A DNA stretch of 64,000 nucleotides from Mustelus asterias (lineage: Eukaryota). The notes beneath the pieces are model-generated. The model saw only the letters and a program-made list of their open reading frames with translations, had not been told where the DNA came from and made no database searches. Location of the stretch: NCBI RefSeq assembly GCF_964213995.1, contig NW_027590224.1, positions 558,001 to 622,000 of the forward strand, written 5' to 3'. A program made the position numbers and the translations under genes. Below are positions 50,678 through 61,645 of the stretch, one piece after another (the stretch's first letter is position 1; the number at the start of each line of letters is the position of its first letter).

Positions 50678-50712
50678 CACTAGCTTTCGGAGCACTGCCC
50701 CTTCTTCAGGTG
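50678..50712 (-). ncRNA. Minimal hammerhead ribozyme motif
   Basis: Reverse complement reads CAC-CUGAAGA-a-GGGGC-agu-GCUCC-GAAAGCU-A-GUG. Confidence 0.78.
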
Positions 50713-51813
50713 AGTGGAAGTTCTGTTCACAAACGGGGCATATAAAAACACAAACTCAATTTACAAAATAATGATTGGAATGCGAGTCTTTACAGGTAAT
50801 CAAGTCTTAAAGGTACAGACAATGTGAATGGAGAGAGCGTTAAGCACAGGTTAAAGAGATGTGTATTGTCTCTAGACAGGACAGTTAGTGAGATTTTGCA
50901 AGTCCAGGCAAGTTGTGGGGGTTACAGATATTGTGACATGAACCTAAGATCCCGGTTGAGGCCGTCCTCGTGTGTGCGGAACTTGGCTATCAGTCTCTGC
51001 TCAGCGACTCTGCACTGTCGTGTGTCGTGAAGGCTGCCTTGGAGAACGCTTACCCAAAGATCAGAGGCCGAATGCCCATGATCGCTGAAGTGTTCCCCAA
51101 CAGGAAGAGAACAGTCTTGCCTGGTGATTGTCGAGTGGTGTTCATTCATCCGTTGTCGTAGCGACTGCATAGTCTCCCCAATGTACCATGCCTCAGGACA
51201 TCCTTTCCTGCAGCGTATCAGGTAGACAACGTTGGCCGAGTTGCAAGAGTAGGTACCGTGTACCTGGTGGATGGTGTTCTCACGTGAGATGATGGCATCC
51301 GTGTCGATCGGGCACGTCTTGCAGAGGTTGCTGTGGCAGGGTTGTGTGGTGTCGTGGTCACTGTTCTCCTGAAGGCTTGGGTAGTTTGCTGCGGACAATG
51401 GTCTGTTTGAGGTTGTGCGGTTGTTAGAAGGCAAGAAGTGGGGGTGTGGGGATGGCCTTGGCGAGATGTTCGTCTTCATCAATGACGTGTTGAAGGCTCC
51501 AGAGAAGATGTTGCAGCTTCTCCGCTCCGGGGGAGTACTGGATGACGAAGGGTACTCTGTCCACCGTGTCCCTGAGGAGGTCGGTGCGGTTGTTCGCTGT
51601 GACACGTTGGAACTGTCGATCGATGAGTCGAGCGCCATATCCTGTTCTTATGAGGGCATCTTTCAGCGTCTGGAGATGTCTGTTGCGATCCTCCTCATCC
51701 GAGCAGATCCTGTGTATACGGAGGGCTTGTCCGTAGTGGATGGATTCTTTAATGTGTTTAGGGTGGAAGCTGGAGAAGTGGAGCATCGTGAGGTTATCCA
51801 TGGGCTTGCGGTG

Positions 51814-53914
51814 CAGAACGGATTACTGCAAAGAAGTGTACCAACAACTGAACAACGGGGAACATTACAGACAGTTACCCGCAGATCCGACCAAAAAACA
51901 CACCCGTCAGCTCAACAGACTGATCATGACCTTTGATCTGGACCTTCAGAGCACCCTCCGTGCTCTCATCCCACGTACTCCCCGCGTTGGAGATCTCTAC
52001 TGCCTCCCGAAGATACACAAGGCAAACACACCCGGCCGTCCCATCGTATCGGGCAATGGAACCCTGTGCGAGAACTTCTCCGGCTATGTCGAGGGCATCC
52101 TGAAACCCATTGTACAAAGAACTCCCAGCTTGTGTCGCAACACTACAGACTTCCTACAGAAACTCAGCACACATGGAGCAGTTGAACCAGGAACATTCCT
52201 CGTCACAATGGATGTCTCGGCACTCTATACCAGCATCCCCCACGACGATGGCATTGCTGCAACGGCCTCAGTGCTCAACGCCGACAACTGCCAGTTTCCA
52301 GATGCAATTTTACAACTCACCCGCTTCATCCTGGACCACAATGTCTTCACCTTCAACAACCAGTTCTTCATCCAGACACACGGAACAGCCATGGGGACCA
52401 AATTCGCACCTCAATATGCCAACATCTTCATGCACAGGTTCGAACAAGACCTCTCCACCGCACAGGACCTTCAACCGATGCTATACACTAGATACATCGA
52501 TGACATTTTCTTCCTTTGGACTCATGGTGAGCAATCACTGAAACAACTATATGATGACATCAACAAGTTCCATCCCACCATCAGACTCACCATGGACTAC
52601 TCTCCGGAATCAGTTGCATTCTTGGACACAGGCATCTCCATCAAGGATGGTCACCTCCGCACTTCACTGTACCGCAAGCCCACGGATAACCTCACGATGC
52701 TCCACTTCTTCAGCTTCCACCCTAAACACATTAAAGAAGCCATCCCCTACAGTCAAGCCCTCCGTATACACAGGATCTGCTCGGATGAGGAGGATTGCAA
52801 CAGACACCTCCAGACGCTGAAAGACACCCTCGTAAGTACAGGATATGGCGCTCAACTCATCGATCAACAGTTCCGATGCGCCACAGCGGAAAACCGCACC
52901 GACCTCCTCAGAAGACAAACACGGGACACGGTGGACAGAGTACCCTTCGTTGTCCAGTACTTCCCCGGAGCGGAGAAGCTACAACATCTTCTCCGGAGCG
53001 GCACGGTAGCACAGTGGTTAGCACTGCTACTTCACAGCTCCAGGGTCCCGGGTTCGATTCCCGGCTCGGGTCACTGTCTGTGTGGAGTTTGCACATTCTC
53101 CTCGTGTCTGCGTGGGTTTCCTCCGGGTGCTCCGGTTTCCTCCCACAGTCCAAAGATGTGCGGGTTAGGTTGATTGGCCAGGTTAAAAAAAAATTGCCCC
53201 TTAGTGTCCTGGGATGTGTAGGTTAGAGGGATTAGCGGGTAAATATGTGGGGGTAGGGCCTGGGTGGGATTGTGGTCGGTGCAGACTCGATGGGCCGAAT
53301 GGCCTCCTTCTGCACTGTAGGGTTTCTATGATTTCTATGATTTCAACATGGCCAGATGCTCGTCTTCATCAATGACAAGGCCATCCCCACACCCCCACAT
53401 CTTGCCTTCAAACGACTGCACAATCTGAAACAGACCATTGTCTGCAGCAAACTACTCGGCCTTCAGGAGAACAGTGACCACGACACCACACAACCCTGCC
53501 ACAGCAACCTCTGCAAGACGTGCCGGATCATCAACCCGGATGCCATCATCTCACGTGAGAACACCATCCACCAGGTACACGGTACATACTTTTGCAACTC
53601 GACCAACGTTGTCGACCTGATGCACTGCAGGAAAGGATGTCCCGAGGCATGGTACATTGGGGAAACCATGCAGACGCTACGACAACGGATGAATGAACAC
53701 CGTTCGACAATCACCAGGCAAGACTGTTCTCTTCCTGTTGGGGAACACTTCAGCGATCATGGGCATTCGGCCTCTGATCTTTGGGTAAGCGTTCTCCAAG
53801 GCGGCCTTCACGACACGACAGCGCAGAGTCGCTGAGCAGAGACTGATAGCCAAGTTCTGCGCACATGAGGACGGCCTAAACCGGGATCTTGGGTTCATGT
53901 CACACTGTCTGTAA
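51814..53914 (+). pseudogene. Penelope RT-GIY-YIG ORF disrupted by a SINE and a frameshift
   Basis: ORFs 51740..53173 and 53356..53835 match the 12128..13492 protein on either side of the SINE. Confidence 0.9.
52998..53343 (+). mobile_element. HE1-like V-SINE inserted in the Penelope ORF
   Basis: Full SINE sequence with (atttctatg)n tail. Confidence 0.92.
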
Positions 53915-53981
53915 CCCCCACGACTTGCCTGGGCTTGCAAAATCTCACTGTCCTATCTGGAGACAATATACATCTCTTTAA

Positions 53982-54321
53982 ATCATAGAATCCTACAGTA
54001 CAGAAAGAGGCCATTCGGCCCATCGAGTCTGCACCAATCACAATCCCACCCAGGCCCTATCCACATATCCCTACATATTTACCCACTTATCCCTCTAACC
54101 TATGCATCGCGGGACACTAAGGGGCAATTTAGAATGGCCAATCAACCTAGCCCGCACATCTTTGGACTGTGGGAGGAAACCGGAGCACCCGGAGGAAACC
54201 CACGCAGACACGGGGAGAATGTGCAAACTCCACACAGACAGTGACCCGAGCAGGGATTCGAACCCAGGTCTCTGGAGCTATGAAGCAGCAGTGCTAACCA
54301 CTGTCCGACTGTGCCGTCCAA
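53982..54321 (-). mobile_element. HE1-like V-SINE inserted in the Penelope 3' region
   Basis: Full SINE flanked by TSD ctttaa. Confidence 0.92.
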
Positions 54322-54464
54322 CTTTAACCTGTGCTTAACGCTGTCTCCACTCACATTGTCTGTACCTTTAAGACTTGATTACCTGTAAAGACTCGCATTC
54401 CAACCATTATTTTGTAAATTGAGTTTGTGTCTTTTGTGCCCTGTTCGTGTACAGAACTCCCACT

Positions 54465-54499
54465 CACCTGATGAAGGAGCAGTGCTCCGAAAGCTAGTG
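54465..54499 (+). ncRNA. Minimal hammerhead ribozyme motif
   Basis: CAC-CUGAUGA-a-GGAGC-agu-GCUCC-GAAAGCU-A-GUG. Confidence 0.8.
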
Positions 54500-54811
54500 G
54501 CTTTTGCTACCAAATAAACCTGTTGGACTTTATCCTGGTGTTGTGAGACTTCTTACTGTGTTTACCCCAGTCCAACACCAGCATCTCCAGATCATGAACC
54601 CCTTTAATACAGGAACCAGACTCTGGGTTTATCTGATGTTTTTATTCTGTTTATTTTTAATTTATTCTATATTGTTTAATCCCTGCGGCGCTGTCGGTCT
54701 GACAGTGGAAACCGATTGTCCTGGTTTGCATTGGACAGCCACCAGCTCAGTCTGTGTCTCTGGATCTGTTCCCACTCTGCACTGAGTCTGCACCGCCTTC
54801 GTCATCCTCCC

Positions 54812-55075
54812 CTGGGGCTGAGGGCGGAGTCTGGACTGTGCCATTGTGGGACAGGGGGGAGTGAGGAATAATGTCCCAGCCTCTGTCAGGAAAAGCCGGG
54901 TTAAAAGCTGCTTTTCCCCTGAAGGGATTGGAGTGAAACAACAATCCGAGTGCCGGCTCCCGGGAAACTGTCCACCCCACACCCGGGGAGAGGGAGCAGA
55001 GAGCGGGGATGGTCAGCACCCCCCTCTCTCTGTGTGGATGGAACCGCAGCAGGTCCCGCCCCCTGACAGTGAGTG
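54812..55075 (+). promoter_or_regulatory. Second copy of the putative promoter/ATG exon module (ATG 55009-55011)
   Basis: Near-identical to 14650-14860. Confidence 0.55.
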
Positions 55076-55170
55076 CGTGCTGCCTGTTGTCGGGGTGGAG
55101 ATGGCGGTCTGGGACTGGGGGAAACACAGTGAGAAGTTTCACAGCCCCAGGGCTGATCCCTGTGCGGGGG

Positions 55171-55324
55171 GAATGGATGGAAAGGAGCTGCAGGGACTGT
55201 CAGTGTCTCAGAGCCGGGGGGGGAATGGATGGAAAGGAGCTGCAGGGACTGTCAGTGTCTCAGAGCCGGGGGGGGAATGGATGGAAAGGAGCTGCAGGGA
55301 CTGTCAGTGTCTCAGAGCCGGGGG
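55171..55324 (+). repeat. 52-bp tandem repeat, 3 copies
   Basis: Unit gaatggatggaaaggagctgcagggactgtcagtgtctcagagccggggggg; one copy at ~14982, six at 59163-59468. Confidence 0.9.
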
Positions 55325-55479
55325 AAAGGGGGAAACTTTCCTTCATCCTCACCCCCATTCAGCTCTTTATTCTCTGTCTCTGAGCCGGGGGAGAGTTTTT
55401 CAGGAGTTTTGTGTTTCTCCCCCTGAGGGAGAAACCTTTCCTTTAGCATCCACTGGATCTGGGCCTGATATCCGCGCTG

Positions 55480-56162
55480 GGGGGGGGCCTGGGTGGGGAT
55501 TTGGGGTGAGGGGGGGGGGGTGTGTGGCTGGGGGGGGGAGGGGATTTGGGGGGGGGAGGGGATTTGGGGTGGGGGGGGAGGAGGGAGCCTGGGAGAGGGG
55601 GTGGGGCTGGGTGAGGGGGGAGGGGATTTGGGGTGGGGGGGGTGTGTGTGGATGGGGGGGAGGGGATTTGGGGTGGGGGGGGAGGGGATTTGGGGTGGGG
55701 GGGGTGTGTGTGGATGGGGGGGAGGGGATTTGGGGTGGGGGGGGAGGGGATTTGGGGTGGGGGGGGTGTGTGTGGATGGGGGGGAGGGGATTTGGGGTGG
55801 GGGGATGTTGGGGGGGAGGGGATTTGGGGTGTGGGGGGGTGTGTGTGGATGGGGGGGAGGGGATTTGGGGTGGGGGGATGTTGGGGGGGAGGGGATTTGG
55901 GGTGTGGGGGGGTGTGTGTGGATGGGGGGGGAGGGGATTTGGGGTGGGGGGATGTTGGGGGGGAGGGGATTTGGGGTGGGGGGATGTTGGGGGGAGGGGG
56001 GATTTGAGGTGGGGGGATGTTGGGGGGGGAGGGGATTTGGGGTGGGGGGATGTTGGGGGGGGTGGGATTTGGGGTGGGGGGATGTTGGGGGGGGTGGGAT
56101 TTGGGGTGGGGGGATGTTGGGGGGGAGGGGATTTGGGGTGGGGGGATGTTTGGGGGGGGGGG
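55480..56162 (+). repeat. G-rich degenerate minisatellite (ggggaggggatttggggtggggggatgtt-like)
   Basis: Dense G-runs, ~30-bp degenerate unit; high G-quadruplex potential. Confidence 0.9.
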
Positions 56163-57091
56163 CGGTGTCACTGAGTTGTTTTTCAACGGGAAACAAAATG
56201 GCCGCGGGAGGCGAGGCTGCTTCTGATTGACAGCCGGATTCAGAATCTGATTGGCTGTCCCGCTGAGTCTCCATTCAATGAAGTGGTGGAAATTCTCAGA
56301 GTTGAGCTTTCCAATGGCATTTCTCTTCAGAACTTCTGTCTTTACATCAATTTCCAGCAGGTCAAGTATTTCTAGTTTCAATTCTATTGAGAGTAATTAT
56401 AATGATTATCTTTCTCTTCTGTTCCCACTGCCACATTCTTCAATAAAACCTCCCAAAGCCACAACCTCCAGCCTCCCCGAGAAGGACAAGGGCAGCAGGA
56501 ACATGGGGAACACCATCACCTCCAAGTTCCCCTCCCAGTCTCACACACACCGTCCCCACTTGGAGATATATCGGCCGTTCCTTCATCGTCACTGGGTCAA
56601 AATCCTGGAGCTCCCTCCCTAACGGCACCGTGGGAGCACCTTCACCACACGGGACTGAAACCGTTCAAGAAGAATCCCCATCACCACCTTGGACACTGAA
56701 ACAAGACCAACAGTAATTACATGGAGCAATCAATGTGTCCTGGGCACTGAAGTCAACTCAATCACAACAATGAGGAAGGGCTTGTTTATTCTGAAGCGTG
56801 GATATTATTACAAACCGTGAGCATTGAGACCACACGGACAGTAAAACATATTCCAAATCACAGCAACATGAGAGACCCTCCCCAGCCATCAGTTCAGTCT
56901 GTCTCAAAGGTAAGTGTCAGTTTTTTCTCCTCATTTGAACATTGTTCGAATATTAATGACTGATCTGAATTTTTATAGCGGTTTATTTAACAATTATCAC
57001 CTGTTAGAGGTGGAGATTGATGTATAAATACTGCAAATAAACTAGTAACAACTCAGTGATTCCACTTCCAATAGTGGGTGTGCGATCCTTG

Positions 57092-57235
57092 AGGAAACCG
57101 GAGCACCCGGAGGAAACCCACGCAGACACGAGGAGAATGTGCAAACTCCACACAGACAGTGACCCAAGCCGGGAAACGAACCGGGTCCCTGGAGCTGTGA
57201 AGCAGCAGTGCTAACCACTGTGCTACCGTGTCGCT
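57092..57235 (-). mobile_element. Truncated V-SINE (5' half)
   Basis: Reverse complement of the SINE head and part of the V core. Confidence 0.85.
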
Positions 57236-57290
57236 CTTGTTCAGTTTTTATTCACCACGTGAGCTCGACAACATCGCCATCTGCTGGCTG

Positions 57291-57437
57291 TGAGGTGTTG
57301 AGGGGTGAACATCCCATGAATCTCCAATGATCTTGGCCATTTGTAAAAGAAAAAGTGAGCTCCTGCAAAAGTGCAAACGCAGCTGGTTGCTGTAAGATAA
57401 ATTGAAGTAAATTCTTAGCTTGAAAGCTGTGTTGTTT
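57291..57437 (+). mobile_element. ERV LTR 5' fragment
   Basis: Matches the first ~140 bp of LTR 49812-50467. Confidence 0.8.
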
Positions 57438-58017
57438 TGTCAAGGTTCGTTTTTCGGAGACCCTTACGTACTTGATGCAAGAGCAAGACACTGATCTGTA
57501 CAAGAAAACCCAGTCCTTTATTTTCAAGCAAGTATAAGCTTTTGGAGGATTGCTTTACTAACTCAGCACAGTGCTGAACTTCGCCGAGCAATACTCTCCG
57601 AACAGGGGGGGGAAGTTCCTCCCTTTATACTCTTTCTACAGCAATCGGTCACGTACACAGTATAACTTCACCCAGATCACGTGCTTAGCAACAGTAAATA
57701 CAAAGACAGTATGTGAGTAAAAATATGCCAAAAACCCACCCCCTGTTGCCATGGAAACTGCACGTCCACCATTGCCCGAGTGTGAGATAGCAACCGTTCC
57801 CATATATCTTGGGACGCTACTTTGCACATAAAGCGAATGTTATCTCCTTCAAACAAGGACAGCATTAGCTGAGTTGATATAGGGAATATGTTACCAGCAC
57901 TAATTGTTCCAGGCAGCAAGTTAATCACAGCTGCGTTTGCAAAGTTCAAAAGTTCAAGCACACAATTTTTAAAAACATCATAGGAGATTCATGGGATGTT
58001 AACCCCTTAACATCTCA
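57438..58017 (-). mobile_element. ERV 3' LTR (minus strand)
   Basis: Reverse complement runs TGAGATG...CCTTGACA; PPT at 58018-58030; homologous to 49812-50467. Confidence 0.9.
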
Positions 58018-58046
58018 TTCCCTCCTTTTATCATTCCATGATAACA

Positions 58047-58745
58047 CTAACCTCTTTTGAGGGGAACTTGTGCTCTATGATATGCTAGGCATTGGCAGAC
58101 AACCTGCAATAAGCCTAGCAGTAAGCAAACTACCAGGATAATGACTCGCAGGTGCATCAACATCCCTCCCCAGTCTCCAAAGAGGTTACTAAAAGGCCAC
58201 CAGCCAGGAGGATTGGAGTTCTTAAAATTTTGCACTTCAGCCCTAATTTTGTCAGTGGTCTTTTTTTAATATGCTCAGCTAAATCCGTGATATTGTGGGA
58301 GGTGTCTGGAATGTATGTACAGCGCTCGGAGCCTATTAGGGCACAGGTGCCTCCTGTTGCTGCCAACAAGTAATCTAAAGCCATTCGATTTTGGAGTGCC
58401 ACCGTCCGTATAGCTACGACTTCAGCTGAAACTTCGGAGATAGCGGTGCTCACATCCTCTAATCCATCCGCAGTATCATTAGCTATTTTCTCAAGAGCTG
58501 ATGCCATATTGATCAGTTCTCGAGCTGCTATGGCGGTCCCATAGGCAGGAAAGGCTATCATCCAAAACCGTTGAGCTTCGGTGATGGCCCGTTTAGATCT
58601 TAACAGATGTATCTTGGGGTGGAGATGCAGGGAGTCATAATGTCGGACATAGGGGACCACATACGCGAGATAGCAAGATCCAGACCAGTCCAGGGAAGCC
58701 AAGGATAGGCGTTATCTCCACAGACAAAATAGGTGCCATTGTACA
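58047..58745 (-). pseudogene. env: ERV env TM-subunit fragment
   Basis: RSKR furin site, ISD LQNRMALDYLLA, TM helix in a shifted frame (ORF 58047..58235). Confidence 0.92.
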
Positions 58746-58829
58746 CTACCATAGGGACCACCTGTTTGGTTTGTGATGTCTGCTTTGTAATAAACAGTTC
58801 TTCTGTTTATTGTAGAAATAGAAAAAAAA

Positions 58830-59038
58830 AGGGGCTGAGGGCGAAGTCTGGACTCTCCCATTCAGAGAGACACAGGGGGGAGTGAGGAATAATGTCCCAA
58901 CCTCTGTCAGGAAAAGCCGGGTTAAAAGCTGCTTTTCCCCTGAAGGGATTGGAGTGAAACAACAATCCGAGTGCCGGCTCCCGGGAAACTGTCCAGCCCA
59001 CACCCGGGGAGAGGGAGCAGAGAGCGGGGATGGTCAGC
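58830..59038 (+). promoter_or_regulatory. Third promoter/ATG exon module, copy C (ATG 59030-59032)
   Basis: Near-identical to 14650-14860, with homology continuing downstream; 1.2 kb upstream of the leader exon. Confidence 0.6.
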
Positions 59039-59162
59039 ACCGCCTCTCTGTGTGAATGGGACCGCAGCAGGTCCCGCCCCATTTCCTGCTCAGCGTGACA
59101 GTGAATGTGTTTGTGTCTCTCCTGTTCTCAGTGTGGAGTCTCCGAGCTGGTCCCTGTGTGCG

Positions 59163-59468
59163 GAATGGATGGAAAGGAGCTGCAGGTACTGTCAGTGTCT
59201 CAGAGCCGGGGGGGGAATGGATGGAAAGGAGCTGCAGGGACTGTCAGTGTCTCAGAGCCGGGGGGGAATGGATGGAAAGGAGCTGCAGGGACTGTCAGTG
59301 TCTCAGAGCCGGGGGGGGAATGGATGGAAATGAGCTGCAGGGACTGTCAGTGTCTCAGAGCCGGGGGGGGAATGGATGGAAAGGAGCTGCAGGGACTGTC
59401 TGTCTCAGAGCCGGGGGGGGAATGGATGGAAATGAGCTGCAGGGACTGTCAGTGTCTCAGAGCCGGGG
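59163..59468 (+). repeat. 52-bp tandem repeat, ~6 copies
   Basis: Same unit as 55171-55324. Confidence 0.9.
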
Positions 59469-59864
59469 TTCAGGCTCTGGGTTGGGAATGAGGGTTTGCT
59501 CCTGGAGACAGTGTGGGGATTAGTCAGAGAGGCTGCAAAGTGACCAGAGTCAGGATGGTGTGAAGCAGCTGGAAATGTCCAGGGGGGGCGGGGGGGCTGT
59601 GAGCTTTGGGGGGGGGGGGGGTTCGGGGTGAATGAGTTGTTGGTCTTTTGGTTGCGATCCAGCCCAAGGTGGGGTGCAATGCCTTGTCTTGTCAGTTTGG
59701 ATCTTGTTTGTCTCTGTTTTGGGGAACATTTGGATTCAGTTTGATTTTGGAACAAGGAATGGATTTGGGTTTTCCGCTCTGCAATGGTTTTGTGCTGTCA
59801 GTAAAATCCGGAGCGAGGAGTGGGGTTGATGGTGGGGGGAATGCGGAGATCCGGAGGAAGAACT

Positions 59865-60160
59865 TGTACAGTGCGCATGCTCCTCTCCCGGGTCCGGCAC
59901 TCCTGTGTCACTGCGCAGGCTCCCCTGCCGGCACCGGCACTGCTGTGTCCGCGCATGCTCCTTTCCCGGGTCCGGCGCTGCTGTGTCTGCGCATGATCCT
60001 TTCCCGGTTCCGGCGCTGCTGTGTCACTGCGCAGGCTCCTCCCGGGAGCGGGCGCTGCTGCGTCAGTGCGCATGCTCCACTTGCGGGCGCGGACCTGGCT
60101 CCAGCCGCATGCGCCCCTGTCAACCTTCACCCAGGGGCGGCACCGAACACGCATGCGCTG
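59865..60160. promoter_or_regulatory. CpG-rich degenerate ~39-bp repeat with clustered NRF1-like motifs
   Basis: About eight TGCGCATGC / TGCGCAGGC / CGCATGCGC elements. Confidence 0.5.
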
Positions 60161-60230
60161 AGCCCAGCTCTGATCCATCATCAGGAAGTGAATCAGTTGT
60201 AAAGGGGGTAACTGTGTTTTCTTGTTGCAG

Positions 60231-60291
60231 GGACACACCTTCCACAAACTACTCCTCCTGCTGCTGCTCAGTGTTGTTGCTGCTGTTTCAG
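60231..60291 (+). CDS. Copy C signal-peptide exon (GHTFHKLLLLLLLSVVAAVS)
   Basis: Paralog of 35705-35768 with an in-frame 3-nt deletion and synonymous Leu changes; splice sites intact. Confidence 0.85.
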
Positions 60292-60701
60292 GTAAGAGCT
60301 GTGACTGCTGGAACATTTCAGCTCTGATCAAAGGGATGGGGGGGATCAGGAATACATTTTGCTTTAAGCTGCTGTGTGAACTGTAAGTGGAGCCATTGAG
60401 AGAGTGGGGGATTGAACTGGGAATTGTCTGGGAGCATGGGGAGTAGAGTCAACAGGACTGGGAATTGGGCTTTGGGTCCTTGGAGGGGACAGAGTCGGTC
60501 ATTGAGGGAGTCATCACAGCAGCTTCACATCACACACTATGATCATGAGTTGTTTTGACGATTCCCAGGTTGGGCTGAGCTGTCTGGCTGGGATAGCCCC
60601 CTATTGTCACAAACCAGGGTGAGGAGGGATGTGTGGCCCCATGTCTTTACTCAACCCACCCTTTCTCTGCTGGTAACAACAAAGGTTTAATCTAACAAGG
60701 T

Positions 60702-60791
60702 CCCCTTTTCCCTTGGGCCCCTTTTCCCTTGGGCCCCTTTTCCCTTGGGCCCCTTTTCCCTTGGGCCCCTTTTCCCTTGGGCCCCTTTTCC
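60702..60791 (+). repeat. 16-bp tandem repeat (ccccttttcccttggg), ~5.5 copies
   Basis: Direct inspection. Confidence 0.9.
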
Positions 60792-61219
60792 CGAGCCAAT
60801 AACTTCAAAGGGACAAATTCAACCAGGTTTTCTTAAATTAAGCTGGAGTAAGATTATAAATTATTAAAAGGGTAAAAGAAATGGGAAAACACATGCGTCT
60901 GCATTCATAAGTTTTAGAAATTAGGTCAATAGTTAGTAAATATAAAGAAAAAAGATTACAGGGAACAATCCTTGATTTGCGAGGAATAGATGATGATGAT
61001 GATGATGCATTGTAGCCGTTGCGATTCTTTTCAGTATATTTGGCTTTTGTTGGTAAACAGTTGATTCTTTTGGTTTGGTAACGATTTCTGTTCTTTACCT
61101 AGCTGCCATCCTTCTGCTGGCTCATTGATTTTCGGAGCAAGTTTTAGATAGCCCTGCAAAACTGCCTATTGTTTTACAGGTGCCCTGCCTTACTATATCA
61201 CCTTGAAATGGATAACAGG

Positions 61220-61645
61220 TCTATCACATGAGGAGAGACTAAGTCAGTTAGGATTATACTCCACTGGAGTTTAGAAGAGTGAGAGGGGATCTCACAGAAA
61301 CCTTTAACAGGGTTAGACAGGATAGATTCAGAAAGAATGTTCCAAATGGTGGGGAAGTCCAGCACTAGTGGTCATAGTTTGAGGATAAGGGGTAAACCTT
61401 TTTAGAGCTGAGGTGAGGAGAAATTTCTTCACCCAGAGGGTGGTGAATGTGAAATTCATACTACAGAAAGTAGTTGAGGCCAAAACGTTGTGTGATTTCG
61501 TGAAGTAATTAGATATAGTTCTTGGGGCTATTTGGGGAGAAAGGGGGGGGATCAGGATTTTGAATTCAATGATAAGCCATGATCATAACGAATGACGGAG
61601 CAGGATCGAAGGGCCGAATGGTCTACTCCTGTTTCTAGTTTATGT
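61220..61645 (+). mobile_element. CR1 LINE 3' fragment
   Basis: gagtttagaagagtgagaggggatctc...aatttcttcacccagagggtggtg...gggccgaatggtctactcctg. Confidence 0.85.

Larger units (their letters stand above)
50621..54594 (+). mobile_element. Penelope-like element: inverted arm 50621-51816 plus forward 5'-truncated copy 51814-54594, interrupted by two SINEs
   Basis: RT motifs LYCLPKIHK, PGRPIVS, VTMDVSALYTSIPH, YIDD; GIY-YIG on both arms; cag microhomology at the inversion junction. Confidence 0.93.

Noticed and set aside
54846-56381. Gly-rich and Pro-rich ORFs
   Set aside because: Translations of a G-run minisatellite in all frames.
60606-61215. Possible solo LTR beginning TGTCAC
   Set aside because: No matching end, TSD or second copy could be identified.
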